In this document: positions 27,101 through 41,039 of the stretch, in pieces
Layout of the letters: each line of letters begins with the position of its first letter
How positions within the stretch are numbered: position 1 is the first letter of the stretch
Origin: Amoebophrya sp. A120
Taxonomy: Eukaryota; Protista; Dinoflagellata
Reading direction: 5' to 3'
Assembly: GCA_905178155.1 (NCBI GenBank)
Contig: CAJINV010000001.1
Coordinates: 2,125,572-2,189,571, forward strand
Length of the DNA stretch: 64,000 bases
Translations under genes and position numbers: made by a program
The notes under the pieces: model-generated
What the model was told of the DNA's origin: nothing
Databases searched by the model: none
The model's input: the letters and a program-made list of their open reading frames with translations, nothing else

Positions 27101-30100
27101 CTGGGCCGATCAGAAGTACCACCTGGCGCATGTGGTGGTCGCTCTCGCTGTACGCCACCAGCGCCGATTGACAAAGGAAGATTCTTTCGACTCTCTATCC
27201 GCGCAGGAGGACCACGACCAGCATCGCCGGCGGAAGATGAGGGCTGATGTGCAGCGTGAAGGAGCTGCTCTGGACTGCTCGATGACCCACCAACTCCTCC
27301 ACCGACCGCCAGCTCCTTTCGCTGTTGTTCCTTTTGCAGCTCCAGTTCTCGACTTTCGGACCGCAGTCGCGATACGTATTGCTGCAGCCGGCTCTGCTCG
27401 TCCATCAGTGCTGTTAACGCCGTGTTGTCACTCGCGATCTTCTGCAATTTCTCCTTGTACTCTTCCCCGGCCTTCTATCCAGGAAGAAAAACCCACCCCC
27501 ATTCATTTTTTGCATGGCAAACATTATGGAAATTATGCATTTTTTGCATGACAAATTGGATGGGGGTGGGTGTTTTTCCCTGGATACCTTCTTCGCTGTC
27601 TCCACGTCCTGCGCCAGTTGCTGGTCCCGGAGCGCGACCAGCTGCGCGGTCTGCAGTTTCAAATTCTGCACCTCCTGGGACAGTCGTTCCTTCTCGTGCC
27701 GTTTCTCGTTCATAGTCTCCTCCATCTGCTTCTTACTCTCACAAATCTCCTGCTTCGCCTCCTCGAGCTCCTTCTGCGTTTTCAGTTGCTCCTCCTTCAG
27801 CTTTTCTAACAGCGCCAGTTGGTGTTTCTTGTCCTCCTTGTACGTTTTCTCCAGCTCTTCCAATTCCTTTTCCCGCTGCTCCACGCGGTTTAGCGTCGCT
27901 TCCTCCCGCTGCTTCCACTGCTTCACGAGTTGCCGCCGCTTCTCCTCCTCGGTCGTGTCCTCGTCGAGTAACAGGCGCAGTGCTTCCTGCTTCCGCTGCA
28001 CCTTCGCGTCTAACTCTTCAAGCGTTTTCTTCCGCTCTTTCTTCTCATCCTCAAACTGCTCCCGGAAGGATTTCCTTTCGTCTTCCAGATTTTCCCGGTG
28101 CTTTTCCAAATCTCTCTCCCGGTCCTGCAACTTCTTGTTCAGCGCCTGCAAATCCTCTTTCGCCCGATTCAGATCCTTCTCGACCGATAATTTGCTATTC
28201 CTTATTTTCCCCTCGAGTTCCTCTTTTTCGTTCCGCATAGTTTGAATTTCGGATTTCACCGTGGAAATTTCCGCACTTATTTTGCCCTTTTGCGCCTCCA
28301 AATTGTGGATCTCGTTGCTCTTCTTCAACCGCACCTCTTCCAGCGCGGCGACGTTCGACTGCGTGTCCATCGCTGCTTGTTTGGCCTCCTCCGCGGCCTG
28401 CTGCTTCTTCGTCAAATCTTCCTTCAGCTGCGTGCGTTTCCGGGAAAGATCCTCGAAATCCCCCTTCGCGGCGGCGAGCTCGACTTTCTTCGAGGACAAA
28501 TCTCTGTCTAGGTCGTCCACTTGTGTCCAGATAGTTGTCCTCTTCCGTTCCAATTCCAAAATCTCCGCACTCAACACTTTCGCTTGGTCCTGCTCGATCT
28601 GGTTCCGCAAATCTTCGTGCCGTTTCCGCAAATCCGTCATCTCCGCCGTTCTCTTGCTCGCTTCGGTCTCCATCTGGATCTTCTTCGCTTGCAGGTCCTG
28701 CAAAGCTGTGGTGTGGCTGAGCTTCTCGATTTCCAGTTCGCCTAGGGAATTGGACAACTCGATCTTCGAACTTTCCAACCGGTGCAGCTCCTGTTTCAGC
28801 TCCACGCCGCGCGCGTGCTTGCGCTCGTTCTCCGCCACCTGCTGCTCGTACTGACCGGTCAGGGACTCGATGCGCTGCATCAGCACACTCGCCTCGTTTG
28901 TCATGGTGGTCACGTCGGCCCGGGCGTTGTCGCTCTTCTTAGTGTAGGCTTCAATTTCCGCTTCCTGCTCCTCGACGCGAGATTCTTGCTCTTTGACCTG
29001 ATAGAAAAGAAACGAATGCAACAGTTGTAAGTAAGTACTTCCGTGTGCTTCTCCTTTTCTGCACCTGCTGTAACCGTAGATGTGCTGGAGAACACAATCT
29101 CATTCCCTGTGTCTATTTCATGCAAAAGAAAAAAAAAGTCATGTAATTGATGCAACACAAAAGAGCGAAACTATACCTTCTCCTTCAGCTCCTCGAAATG
29201 CTTCTCCAGCTCTTCGTATTCTTGTTCTAATTGCTTATTTCCTAATCCGAGTTTGTTTATCCTCTCCTTGGTTTCCTGCTTTTCCGTCTCCAAGTGCTCT
29301 AAACTGTATCAAAGGAAAAAAGTGTTACAGTTACACATTTGTTGGAATTCTAGCATCACAAGTTGCTCTGCATGGCAAAAGTAATGCGCAGACTATAAGG
29401 GAAAACACACGCGAAATGACGCTAGCAAGCTCAAGCATTTCCTGCATGACAGAGGTTGTCTGTCTTGCTTGTCTTGCGTCAGGGTGTGTAACTGTAACAC
29501 TTTTTTCTCACGATAAACTGCTCTGCAGCTCCACTGCTTCCTTCCGCATTTCCTCCAGCTGATTCTGCTTCTTGTCCAAATTTGCATCAACAGCCGCCAT
29601 CCGCTCCTTCCGCTGCTCAAACTGCAGCTCAAATTCCTCGAATTTGTTTGCTTGCTCCGCTTCAATTTTCTGCTTCTCGAAGGAAATTTCCTGCAGTTTT
29701 TCCTGCATTTTTCCCAACTCCTCCTCCGCTTCCGTTCTTTTCCCATTGATCGCTTCCGTTTCTTCCTTGAATATGCATTGCAAATGTATCTGGGTCTGGA
29801 AGAGTGCAAGCTTGTAATGCGCACTTCATAACACAAAAAAGTCTCTCATGCATAGGCAGCAAAAGTTGCCCTCTTTCTGTCACCAAAATGGGGCATTTGT
29901 CATGCGGATTCGGCATTGCGCAAGCTTTTCGAAATCTGTAATGCTAGAGCTTCCATGCTATACCTTCTGTGTCATGCTAAAGCAGCATGACTCTTCCAGA
30001 CCCAGACATATTTGCATTTGATATTCAATTGGTGGATTTTATTTTCCTCCTCCGCGTATGCCTCGACCGCCTTCGACAGCATGGCCCGCTGCATCTCCAG

Positions 30101-32322
30101 CCGTTCTTTCGATTCCGCCGCGGCTTTCTCCCGCTTCTCGATATCATGGACGACGGACCGCACCGCTTCCTGCGCGGCGCTCATTTCACTGGCCCAGCGT
30201 TGTCGTTCCGTCTCCTGCCGCCCGAGCTCGTCGTTTTCTTCCTGCTCGAGCTCTTGTAGCTTTTTGTTCGCGGATTCTAATTCCTGCATCTTTTTTTCGT
30301 ATTGAAACATCAGCTCCTTAGATTTCTCTTCGATTTCCTCCAACTTTTCCCGGCTGTACTTCTGGTCTTGTTTCACTGCCGCGAGTTTGTTCGCCTCCTC
30401 CTGCAGTTTCTCGTCATGTAACGCGGCGATTTCGGCGTTCAGAGTCTCCTCCTTCTCCAATCGGAGAAGTTGAATTTGTTGCTCCACTTCCGTTTCCACC
30501 TCCTGCGTGCGCTGCGAAATTAGCTCCTCACGAATCTTCGTTTCTTCGGTAAGCAACTCCTTCTGAAGTTCGGTTTGCAAACGCAAAACGGCCTGTTTGA
30601 TGATGTGATTTATTTCACGTGAATAAGGCTTATTCAATAAGCTCGAAGGAAGAAGTTGTCCGGCAATTATTGGAAGTAGTAGAAGACAAAGCAGACAATT
30701 TTTTTTACGTTCAGGAAGCATAAACATGTAAATCAAACATACAGAACTCGATCTAAAATACCGTAGAATGTTCCTCCTCCAGCTGCCTCTCCATTTTCGC
30801 TCTTTCTTCACCCGCCCAGCGACTCAGCTCCTTCTTCTGCTCTACTACCTGTTCTTCGTGTTTTGCCTGTTTCTGCTCAATCGACGCGAGTAACCGATTG
30901 TACGCTTCCATCGCTTTTTCGTGTTCGGCCTCCATGGTGGTGCGCGCCTTTTCGAATTCCTCTTCCCTTTCCTGCAAATCTTTCGCCAGCTCGTCCTTTT
31001 TCAACTTTATCTCCGTTTCCAACTCCGCCAAAGCGGTTTTCTTCTGAATGTCCAGCTCCTCCTGCAATTCCGTGATTTGCTGCAGCACTTGTTGCCGCTG
31101 CTGGTTGTCCGCTTGGGACTGCTGTTCCAACCTTTTCTGGTTGTCGGCTTCCGCAGTTTCGGCCTGTTGTTGTTTTTCCCGTAACTCGTCCTCCACTTGC
31201 GTCAACTTTTGACGAATCGAAGACACGGAAGCTTCGAGCTTTTGCAGCTCCTGCTTCTTGTCTGCTTCCTCCTCGGCCATGTTCGTAGCCGTGTTCGACA
31301 GTGCAGCGATCCGCTCCTCGTAGTATTTCACGCTCTGCTGCTTTTCCGCCAGCGCCTTTGTCATCTGCTCGAGATTTTCTTGGAGGACCTAGTTTTATTA
31401 GCAGACTCAATGACAAGGATCACGCCACTTCAAAGCCAAGATTGTTCAACCACATCATGGAGAAGAACGAAGCTCTCAGCGGCCTTGCATCTTTCTCTCT
31501 CGTTCTTTTCTTTTGTAGATGCAACACGTTGTAAAAACAAAAGTACCAGTCTAATAAGCATAAAATTGGTGTTTGATTATAATCTTAATGTCAGAGACAG
31601 AAGAACATGAAGAGACAACGCAACAGGGTGGAGAGGGGGACAACACTTCAGCCCGTAACGTCCACATGAGACAGACCACGCTGCTTGGGAAAGTAGCTCG
31701 AAGTGGAATGTACAAAATGTGGTGCTCGCATAAAACTGTGATCCCAATGTGCAAGGTGGTTACGGGCGCCGGCTCCACCATCCAAGCACTCACAGTTTTA
31801 TCGTGTTGATGGTGGCATAAAAAGTGAAAAAAATACCTTCTCCTTCCCTTCCGTTTCCTGCCACACGCCCTTCAATTCTGCCAGCTTCGTTTCAAAGGAA
31901 ATTTCCTTCGCCCGCATTTCTTCCTCCTGCTTCGCGAGAGACAACTGCGATTGGAGAAATGACTGCTTCCACGAGCAACGATCGTCAATGAGTTTCAGGG
32001 AAGACGTGCTGATTTGCTCATGCTGCTTTCGAAACTCTTTGTTCATTTCCAGTACCAAATCGCACCTGGCGATATCTTCCTTCTTGAACCTTTTCGCCGG
32101 GTTCTTGTTGTCTCCTGTGGTTGGCGGCGAGGAGGAACTACTGCAACTTTCCTCGTCGCTACTCGCGATGTCCTCGCGGGGGCGCTTGTCGTGAAGAACA
32201 TCTTCGTCCTCATCGACAATGCCGGTTGCAGCTCCCGCTGCAGTAGTAAAAATTGTAGAAGGACCTGCGACGGCGCTGCCGGCGGCCGTGCTGAGGTTGT
32301 TCTTGTCCAGGCCGTCAACCAT
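24169..32322 (-). CDS. Giant coiled-coil protein with C-terminal SAP DNA-binding domain; 7 exons
   Basis: E/K/Q heptad exons joined by GT-AG introns (31389-31836, 30593-30761, 28998-29176) and introners (29772, 29307, 27476); SAP motif LKKRTVPEIKAILEACNLKTTGRKDELAKRV. Confidence 0.8.
27476..27586. mobile_element. Introner (shortest; GT-AG compatible)
   Basis: DR ccttc; tatccaggaagaaaaacccacccccat…atgggggtgggtgtttttccctggata. Confidence 0.9.
29307..29515. mobile_element. Introner family D
   Basis: DR aactg; TIR gaaaaaagtgttacagttacaca. Confidence 0.92.
29772..30023. mobile_element. Introner family A
   Basis: DR ttgaa/ttcaa; tctgggtctggaagagt TIR. Confidence 0.9.
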
Positions 32323-33534
32323 GTCTTGTTCCCAGCCACTGCTTCAGCTTTACTTTTCGTGCCAGGGTAGAAAGGGTTCTCCTGTCACATCTGTAGAACC
32401 AGTGTGCAGTCGTGGACGGCACTAGTTCTAGCGGTAGCGCAGTCCGCACTATATAATGAGTTGCGCGCCATCATATTTGCTAGGTAGACTTCTAGGAGCG
32501 AGTGACAATGGCAGCACGAAAAATGGCTCCGGCGAAAATCTTTAGGATGACAATGACTGTAAGTTGCACGACTTACTACAAGAACGTAGCTTCATGTAGT
32601 TCTCATCATCGCGCGGCTCGACCGCGGCACTTTTGTCTAAGTGAAAATTCATGAAGAGTCGGGTTGTTTGATTTTGCCAGTGCAAGTTGCTGGCGGTGCC
32701 CTCAGTATTTGCGGCAGCTCCTAGGGGAAGAACAATCGAGTGTATCAAAATACAGGCGCGATGAACAAGGCGGCCACAAATCTTCTTCAATCATGCTTTT
32801 CAGGACTGGTTGAAGATGAAGATCAACCGAAGTTCGCGGTTCCGAAGTACTAGGAGCAGAGATTTCTTGTATGTAAGGACGAACGCGACATCAAGCTCAA
32901 GCGAAAAAGACAACAAACCTCAGGGATTTCCAAATCCAATACTGCTCTCACCACACACCTGACTTCGCTTCCTCAACACGAAACAACTTCGGACACAACA
33001 AATCGAGATCACACACATTCGAAACACTGGAATGTTCTTTGACATAGGTACATCGAACTCGAAGTCGAACCACCACGACAAATAGAACTCAAACTCTCAA
33101 AAATCTAGCCCGATGTGAGGAAGCTCCTGCGTCAAATCTTTTTCATCAAACTTTGTACAGCTGGGGGCAGTTGTGAAACCATTTGTAGTTCGAAGGTTTC
33201 AACTCGTGATCATGGCCATGATCAAGGGGTTCTTTGGAGAAGCTCTATACAAGGGAAACGGTCGGGGGGCCCGCCTCCGTGTTGAGAAGTTGTGCATTAT
33301 CACTCGACATTGTTGTTCCATTTGCAGCTTCGGAAACCGAAACGACAAGATCATACAAGTTTTTCTTGGCTTCTATTAATCGTAAACGATGCAGCGAACC
33401 TGCAGCTTCGATGTGTTTTCTTTTTTTGGCTTGAATGTGTATAGATGTGATGAATCTGATAGAAGAAAAAGTCCTAAGTAACCGTATTAGCCTTCATGAC
33501 CGTGCCGGAGCTGTAGCTGCGAGTCATCTCAGCC

Positions 33535-35366
33535 TCATTCGATGTCGCTCCCGTCGGCGCGCTCGGTCATGGCGTGCACAGCTTGCTTGGCCCAATCCTT
33601 GGCGCTCCAGTCTTTCGGCACTGCACTCATGGCCAGCACGTGCTTTCGGAAATCGTCTTCCTGGTTCACTATTGGGGCGATCTCCGCTGCCTTCGACCTG
33701 GTACATAGTGAAGTTTCCAAAGAAAGCATTTCAGCAGTTGTTGTGCAGTGCTTCGATCGCGATTATTAGACCACTTAGAACTACTAGAAGCAGCTCCAGA
33801 GCAGAAATATCGGAAAATAAACGAAGCGGATTATTTTTATCTTTTTCTTCTTGCAAATCATTATCAAAAATGTGATCATCAAGCGGTAGTCACAACATCA
33901 AAAAGGTACCATGCCGTGAAGAACTGCGCGAACGCAGACTTCAGATTGATGATTTCGCGCTTTGCCGAGCTGCCGATTGCCTCGCTGCTGTAGTTTCCTA
34001 GCTCCTTCTATGCAATGTAAATTTCCTGTACATGTACAAAATGCATGACAAATTTCGCTACCTTGCAGAGCCCAGCTTGTCATGCTGCACTAGGATTGGA
34101 GGCAAGTTTTGTCATGCAGAAACCACATTTGTACGTGTACGGGAAATTTACTGTGGATACCTTCAGGGTGGCGTTGGCTTCGTCCACCGGTATTGGCTTG
34201 ACTAGGGTTTCGTTCGCGAGCTGTGGGTGTTGGGATTTATTGTACAAAGTGTTTTCTATCTCCTGCACCTCGTGCTTTACCCCCTCGAAATATCGCTCGG
34301 TCTCGTCTCTCGCGAGGCGCTCTCTCTGCATCTCCTGCTGGTACTCCACATAGCCGGATATGGCCAAAAGCTCCTGCCACGTCTGGTCCCGAGCCCGGTC
34401 TGTGTCCAGCCTGTCTTCCAGCGAATTTTCAAAGTCACTTGTTGTTGGAGGCGGGTTCTTTGCTTGATCATGCACTGTTGTGTTACCTGCTGCGGTCGTG
34501 TTACTACCATATTTACTTTCAAACACGATGCTCGTTTGTTCCCCATTGGCCCCCATGACTTCTATTCTCGGTGTCAGACCGACGGAGACCCGGCCTAAAT
34601 TCATCATCTGCGAGCTTTGCTTGGATGAGGGCCGGTTCCCAGCCTCGACCATACTGATGCCGGCGTAGAGATCAAAAAACGCGGCGTTGGTGCGCGGAGA
34701 CGTCGACAATGCATCCGCGTTTTCCGACAAAAGCTGCCGCTGCACAATCTCCTGCTGCCGGGCAAGTAATTCCGCGATCTGCTTTTGGTGAATCGCCAAA
34801 ACCTGCTCCAAATCCTCCGTGATTCCTTGCTCCTGTTGCTCCCCCGGCGCCGCAGTGGTTCGGCTCTGTGCCGTCGCTCGTGATAATTGCTCAGTCTCTC
34901 TTTCATCGCTCCGGAAGACCACGTCTTGGTTGGGTATTTCAGTCGGGGAGGGGAGAAAACTGCTGGGATCGAACGAACCTGGGGGCAGGCCGCCTCCAAA
35001 TTTATTGTTTTTTACCTCTGAAACCATGGTCGCCTGTGCCTGCGCGGCGGCCTCGGCCTGCGCAGCCTTCTCGGCTTCCATCGGCGCGAACCGGAGTTCT
35101 CGGTTTTTCTCCGCCACCTCCTGCATTCTTGACCACTGGTCCTTCCAAAAGCGTCCAACCTCCGTCCTCAAGTCCCGCTCGTTCTCCCGGTGTTTTATCA
35201 TCTGTGGATTGGATTTTTGTGTTTCTGCTTTCAACACTTTCAGTTTCAGCATACTGTTCAAATTTTCACGAGAAACCAAGGACGTCGTGGTCGTGTCGCA
35301 ACAATATGATTGTAGTTCACCAGCACAAAAGAAAAGTCCATGAAGAAAGAACAAAACATGCCTCAT
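33535..35366 (-). CDS. Hypothetical protein, possible signal peptide, spliced
   Basis: 428-aa ORF continues as TLKELGN after removing 34009-34159; last exon (ORF 33535-33729) tentative. Confidence 0.5.
34009..34159. mobile_element. Introner family E (GT-AG compatible)
   Basis: DR ccttc; similar to 14053. Confidence 0.9.
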
Positions 35367-37006
35367 TTCCTACTGTACTACTACTAGAACTAGAAGTAGA
35401 AATTACTATACCAGCTCTGTCCTTTGCAGCAGCATGTGTTTTGATATCACGATGTGGAGGCTCTTGCTGACGACGGAGAGATTTTTCACGTTGTGCCAGT
35501 CTCGGTATAGGACGACCTTTTCCCTTCCTTTCTTTGGCGCGTACACCGGATCTATGAGGAAGGCGAGAAACTGTTCGTTTTTGGTGGAAAAGAAAAAGTG
35601 GAAAGGTGTATGTGAAGAAGAAATGAAAAATAACGACCGTGTTGAAGCTTAGAGCGACTAGAACTTCTACCAGAAGAACCAACTAGCTAGGCTACACGCA
35701 ATATTCTTACGTGAAAAACGTATACAGAAATTTTCAAAAAATATTTCTACACCACTTTGACTTTGCATTCTCATTCATCCAACTGTATATCATACCAGCT
35801 CCAGGTTTTTTGCCACGACCTTCCTTAATGAAGGTGGGTCCTCCGGGACCGCCTCTTCATCCGTCTGGGGCGCTGGCCCCAGACTCGGTGTCGGATCCGC
35901 CATGTAGTTGGGCTCAAATCTAATCTGCACCGTGGTCATGATAGCAAAGTTATTTTGAATGGGTTTGATAATTGATTTTTCGCAGGAATCAAGGCGGACA
36001 GCAGAAGTGGTAAGAGACCACAAAAGTAGGCGTTTAATGCTGCAACTCAGAGCAGGGTTGTATTACTTACCCGTTGATGTACCTCTACAGTATGTTACTG
36101 CTCATCAAACCGGGGCACGACTCTGGCTGCACTTTGCTACTCTAAATTCAGCCTTCTTTGGTACTTGTCACACTTCATCTCGCAGTAAGCAGCACCTCGT
36201 GTCCTTGCATTGACGTTCAACGTTGGAAAATGTAGGTATTTCCAAGTGGTGTTTGTGTTTCACGAAAAGTGGACCTGTTTCATCACCAGAGAACAGCAAA
36301 ATGTGCTCATCAGACAACGGAAGTGAAACGACAGGTGAGGCCTTGATAAACGAGGACCAAACTACAACAACTAGCGCGAATTGTGCACCGAGCGAGTCAA
36401 GTGTGTCGGTGCACCGACGCGGATTATCTCAAAAACCGATGCTGTTGCCGTGAAAAGCAAGGCAAAAACTAACACGAGAAAGACCGATCCAAAATGTCGA
36501 CGCGAGACCGAATCGCTCTTTAGTTTTCTCCGGACAAACGCCAAAGGCAGACTTAGAGATGAAGAACGAAGAACCGACAACATGCGCCAGAAGCGTACCG
36601 ACGGACACTTCATGAATAGGAAGTGTCTCTCTTTCTACACCTGCAGGGGAGAGGAGGACCACGACGAGAACAAAAGCAAAGCGTCAAGCTATCCAACAAC
36701 CAGGTGGAAACAGAACGAGTGCGCGACTTCTTTCATAGTGAGCAAGCTGTAGACACAGATGCGCAAGTTCTGAAAATAAGTGCGTATGCGATTTTTGTAT
36801 TCGTGGAATGGTCGTGGAAATGATTTTTCTACTTGCTTTTCAATCTCCTGGAATGGAGTCGTGTTACCACTATGTATATGTAAATCGTATTTTTACCCAC
36901 CAAACGTCGCACTCGCACAGTGACGGTGTCCGTCTGGTCGTCTTCGCTAGTACTATCTCCCTCACAGCCGTACGTATGAATCATCTCCGCGTCCTTAACC
37001 TACTAC

Positions 37007-40000
37007 TTATGCCCAAAGTCGTATCATGTCCTTTTGCCCCGTTGCTGCAATGAGTTGCAGCACATCTGCGGCCTGGGCGCAGTTTGCCAACGCCCGGTTC
37101 ACTCGGTCCGGCTCATCCACGTGTAGTCGTACCCAAGAGATCAACAGCTGCTTCTTCTCTTCTCCCTTCATCGCCGGTTTTCTGTTGAAAGCCACCTCTA
37201 ACGAGCCCGCGTCGGACAAGATTTCGAAGGGGCGCACAATCTTAATGCCCTTCGATTGCGTACTTGCGACCAGGACCATGTTGTTCGGCATACTCAAGCT
37301 CATCGGAATTCCGAGTGCGCGGAAGTTAGGCACCGACTTGATATTCACGGCGCTTTGTAAAGAAGGCGGCGCGGTGGCCTCTTCGTTATTTGTAGTTCCA
37401 TCGACGTTCTTGTCGCCGTCTAAAAGTAGATCATCTTCCGACTTCCGCACCGGTTGTTGTACTGCTGTAGCGGTTCCACCAGCCGCCGTTGTGGGGTCGG
37501 TTTTGACCGCCTGGTGCACCCGGGTCCACAGTTTCGCCTTCAAGGAGGTGAGCATCACGTCGCTCTCGTAGCTCCACCACGCGCAGGCTGGCTGGTGCTT
37601 ATCAACTGTAAAAATGTCTGGGTCTGGAAGGATGCAGAGATTTGTGATGCAGCTTTGGCATGACCCCTGATGTCTGTGATGCATGCCCTAGCATCACAGA
37701 TTGAGAAATGCCCTCTCGCCGTCGCAAAAACTGGACCTCTTTTGCTGTTCATGCAATACAGATTTTTGTAGAATCCAAATGCAGCATCACAAGTTGCATC
37801 CTTCCAGACCCAGACACTTTTGCAATCCATAGTGCTTCCGGGCCATCAACTTCGCCCGGGCGTAGTGGTCGCCCTGAAACACCCCCCGGATCACTTCCCG
37901 CACCGCTTTGACGACAATCACCGCGCCGTGCTTTTTCCACACACTGCCCGTCCCCTCGGCCACCTCCGCGTCCGTGTACGCGCCCAGGTGCATTTGCGCG
38001 GATCGCCGCCGCTTCCGCTCCTTCACGCCCTCGTTCTCCTTTCCCCCGACCGCCAGCTTCGCGGCGCCCTGTAGCATGGCCGGTGCGCCCTTGGACCGGC
38101 GGCCGATAGGCGCCAGCAGGTCCGCGTGGGAGGGCCTGCCGCCTTGGTTGTCCTGGGACGACGCCGCGCCAAGCCCCACGGACGTCTGTGATCGCCGGAA
38201 CTTAGCCTTCTGCGCAGGATTTTCCGAAGTAGAGTCGGAGGACTTATTTTGCTGTCCCGTGGTGTCTGTGTTGTCTTCCGCAAAAGAAACCAGCCGAGCA
38301 TCGCTCCCTCCAACATCTGCTCCACCCCCCGCCACCTGCTCTTTCACCTGGAGCCCCTTCTCCAGGTGCCACAGTAGCTGCAGCGCCCCCGGCGGAATGC
38401 GCAACACGTTTTGCGTGCCGTCGTATCCGACGGAAACCAAATCCCCCGCAGTTTCGCGCCCGTACGGCCGCTCGTACCGGGCGCAGCGCACACTCAGTAG
38501 GTTCTGGAAATGGGAGTCCGAGTCACCATCTACTTCTGCGTGGAGAGTTATCAAGTCCGACCCGGTTACTTCACTGTTGCGACCGCCCGTCGTGGCCCCC
38601 GCACTCGCTGCAACCTGGACCCCGACCCGGTGAATTCTCGCCATCATCTCGCGTTTCGTGCCGCCGGAAAGCCAAGTCGCGTCCACAATCTGGTCCTCCA
38701 GCTGCTCCAGGCTTTTTTCAACCTCTTCCTGCACTCGAAGAGATATTGTGGAGGGACAGTACCTGATATCAGTTTCGTTTTCGATCAGAAAGATCATTAA
38801 GATGCGGAGTTTCAACATATCTTCACGAGTCGTGGAAGTAGAAACAGCAAGCATGATGAACATCACCACTCAATTAAATCTGAACGATGGTATACTCGTC
38901 GGAAGTAGAGCGTACGTATATATAAAATAAAGTGAAACACAAATAGACGATAGGGATCATAACATAAATACTTCCTGGCATAAATTTGGTCCAACTCCGG
39001 CAAAAAGTATTTCTGCGTGAGCTGCAACGCCGAGAGCTGCAGGTCCTTTTTCATTTCCCGCGCAACCAAGTACCTCAAATACAGCTCGACGTCTGCGGCT
39101 TCCAGTTGCGGCAGCAAGTACGCCACCCGCTGCACACACTCCGGGTGCTGCACCAGCAACGTAGTGCAGGCACTACTCCGCCCTTTTGCCGCGACCACGC
39201 ACTCGGTAACGAAATCGGTGAAGTTGAAGCAGGGAGTACTCGCCTTTTTTATCAAATGCAAATATGTCTGGGTCTGGAAGAGTCGGGGTTTGTCATGCAC
39301 ATTTTTCATGACCCATGAGGTCAGTGATGCAGGTCCTAGCATCACAGATTTTTTGAGAGCTTCTTGATGCTCATCACGCATGAGAAACGCACCTCCGCGT
39401 GCCAAGAGCTGGACCCTTCTTCCTGCTTATGCAACACAGATATTTTTAGAATCCGCAGACAGCATTACAAGTTCCACTTCCACTCTTCCAGACCCAGACA
39501 TTTTTGCAGTGGATATTTTTCTTCACGGCTTTATTGTTCCCTCCACTTCCACCGCAGCAGCCCATCCGCGCAGGCGGCGCAAATTCCTTTATGGAAGCGC
39601 TTGACGTCGACGCGGAGGCTTTGGCGTTCATCAGCGCGACCATGTCGAATGCCTCGTCCGCGACCTTCTTTTGCCAGGTCACTGGGTCCGTTCTCACCGG
39701 CGCGATCCCGCTCTGCGTCTGCCCAACCGCCTCGCGCAGGCTGCGCTGCAGCTGGATGATTTTCGCCGCTAACGGGGCGGGGTTGAAATTCCCTTCGTGC
39801 AAGTCCTGCTGCTCGCTCGCGAACGCCGGGCCAAAGGCAAAACTACCCACCCAGGTTAGGACGTCGCAGATAAACTGCTCGTCCTCGACCTCGTGGAGGT
39901 TAGACGCCACCTCCAGCTGCCTGGTTGCTAATGATTTTTTATCCTCAACTGTGTTCACCGCCGCCCGGAAGAAGGCGACAATCCCGTGCTCCTGCCCGAG

Positions 40001-40375
40001 CTTGGTAAGGATTTTTGGCAGGTCAACGAGAAGTTTGTTGATCTTCCATTTCGGCGAGGAAACCGCGTCAACCACGTGTTTCGGCGCACTGATGCTCGTA
40101 TTGTTGTTCGAAACCGCTTGAGGACCGCTTGTTTCCTGCTTCGCCGTTCGGTAAAACACCTTCGCGTGGTGCAGTTGCCTCTCTTTGTCCCGCTCACTCT
40201 CGTCGGAAATCAACTCTAGCTCCTGCCCGTCCTCCGCGGTGAGCAGCGCTTCGAGCTGCGCTTCCACGCGCGCCTGCGTGACCTCGAGCAGCCCCACCCA
40301 CGGACGGGTGTCATCGCCGAGCGCGGCGGCGTGGTAGTCGGTCGTCAAAGCGATGTCCTCGGGAGTCACTTTCAT
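37007..40375 (-). CDS. Divergent M13 (neprilysin/ECE) peptidase homolog lacking HExxH
   Basis: ATWLSGGTK, VSVGYDGTQNVLRIPPGALQ (cf. VNAFY…N.I..PAGILQ), EPDRVNRALAN. Introns: introners 39250 and 37600, GT-AG 38763-38971. Confidence 0.7.
37600..37831. mobile_element. Introner family A
   Basis: DR gtgct; tgtctgggtctggaaggatgca TIR. Confidence 0.92.
39250..39515. mobile_element. Introner family A
   Basis: DR ttttt; restores VKKKAS. Confidence 0.9.
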
Positions 40376-41039
40376 TTTCTACTTTATTCGGATTGGGCGA
40401 CCACGTGGGCCCCTGTTTGTTGTTTCTACTTGGGGTTTAATGTGGTAAAGACGAGAGTAGATCCCTCGATCTCATAGACATGATGATACTGTAAGTGTAA
40501 CTACTTGACATAGACATGAGGTGATGGTAGAATGATAAGCTGAAAGAATGGGGAATAATGGGAAAATCTCTGTTCAATCGCAAATAGACATGTAATTTCT
40601 TTATGAAATAGATACGACGAAAAATCGCAGAACGAAGCATAGGAACTTGCCATTTTTGCACGAAAACTTTGAGAACGATTACACCGAGAAAAGTTGTTGT
40701 GACCACAAAACAGAACGAGACGCACTGGCACTTAGGTTTTGTACGGACCGAGGTACAAAGGGACGACTCCGAGTGCGCACCGACAGCATCAATTAACACG
40801 CCTTTGGAATTTAATGGCTGAGCAGTGAAGAGGCAAAAACCGATGGAAAAGTTACTAGCGTCTTGTGCTAGCTGTAGCGACAACCGAGAGGACTTCAATC
40901 TATCATAGCTCTACCGAACGAGAAAGGTGATGACGTTGGCAGTGTGCCAGCTGGTGGACTTTGTCAGTTGTGAATGAAAATTTTTCAGCTGCAGACTTGG
41001 CTTTTATTCCTGTACTAGCAAGCTGCTCGGACCTACTTA

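Noticed and set aside
24233-28854. Long plus-strand ORFs rich in S/F/C
   Set aside because: Antisense shadows of E/K-rich minus-strand exons.
35790-36752. Possible small spliced gene
   Set aside because: Short ORFs with one hydrophobic stretch; no consistent exon structure or domain found.
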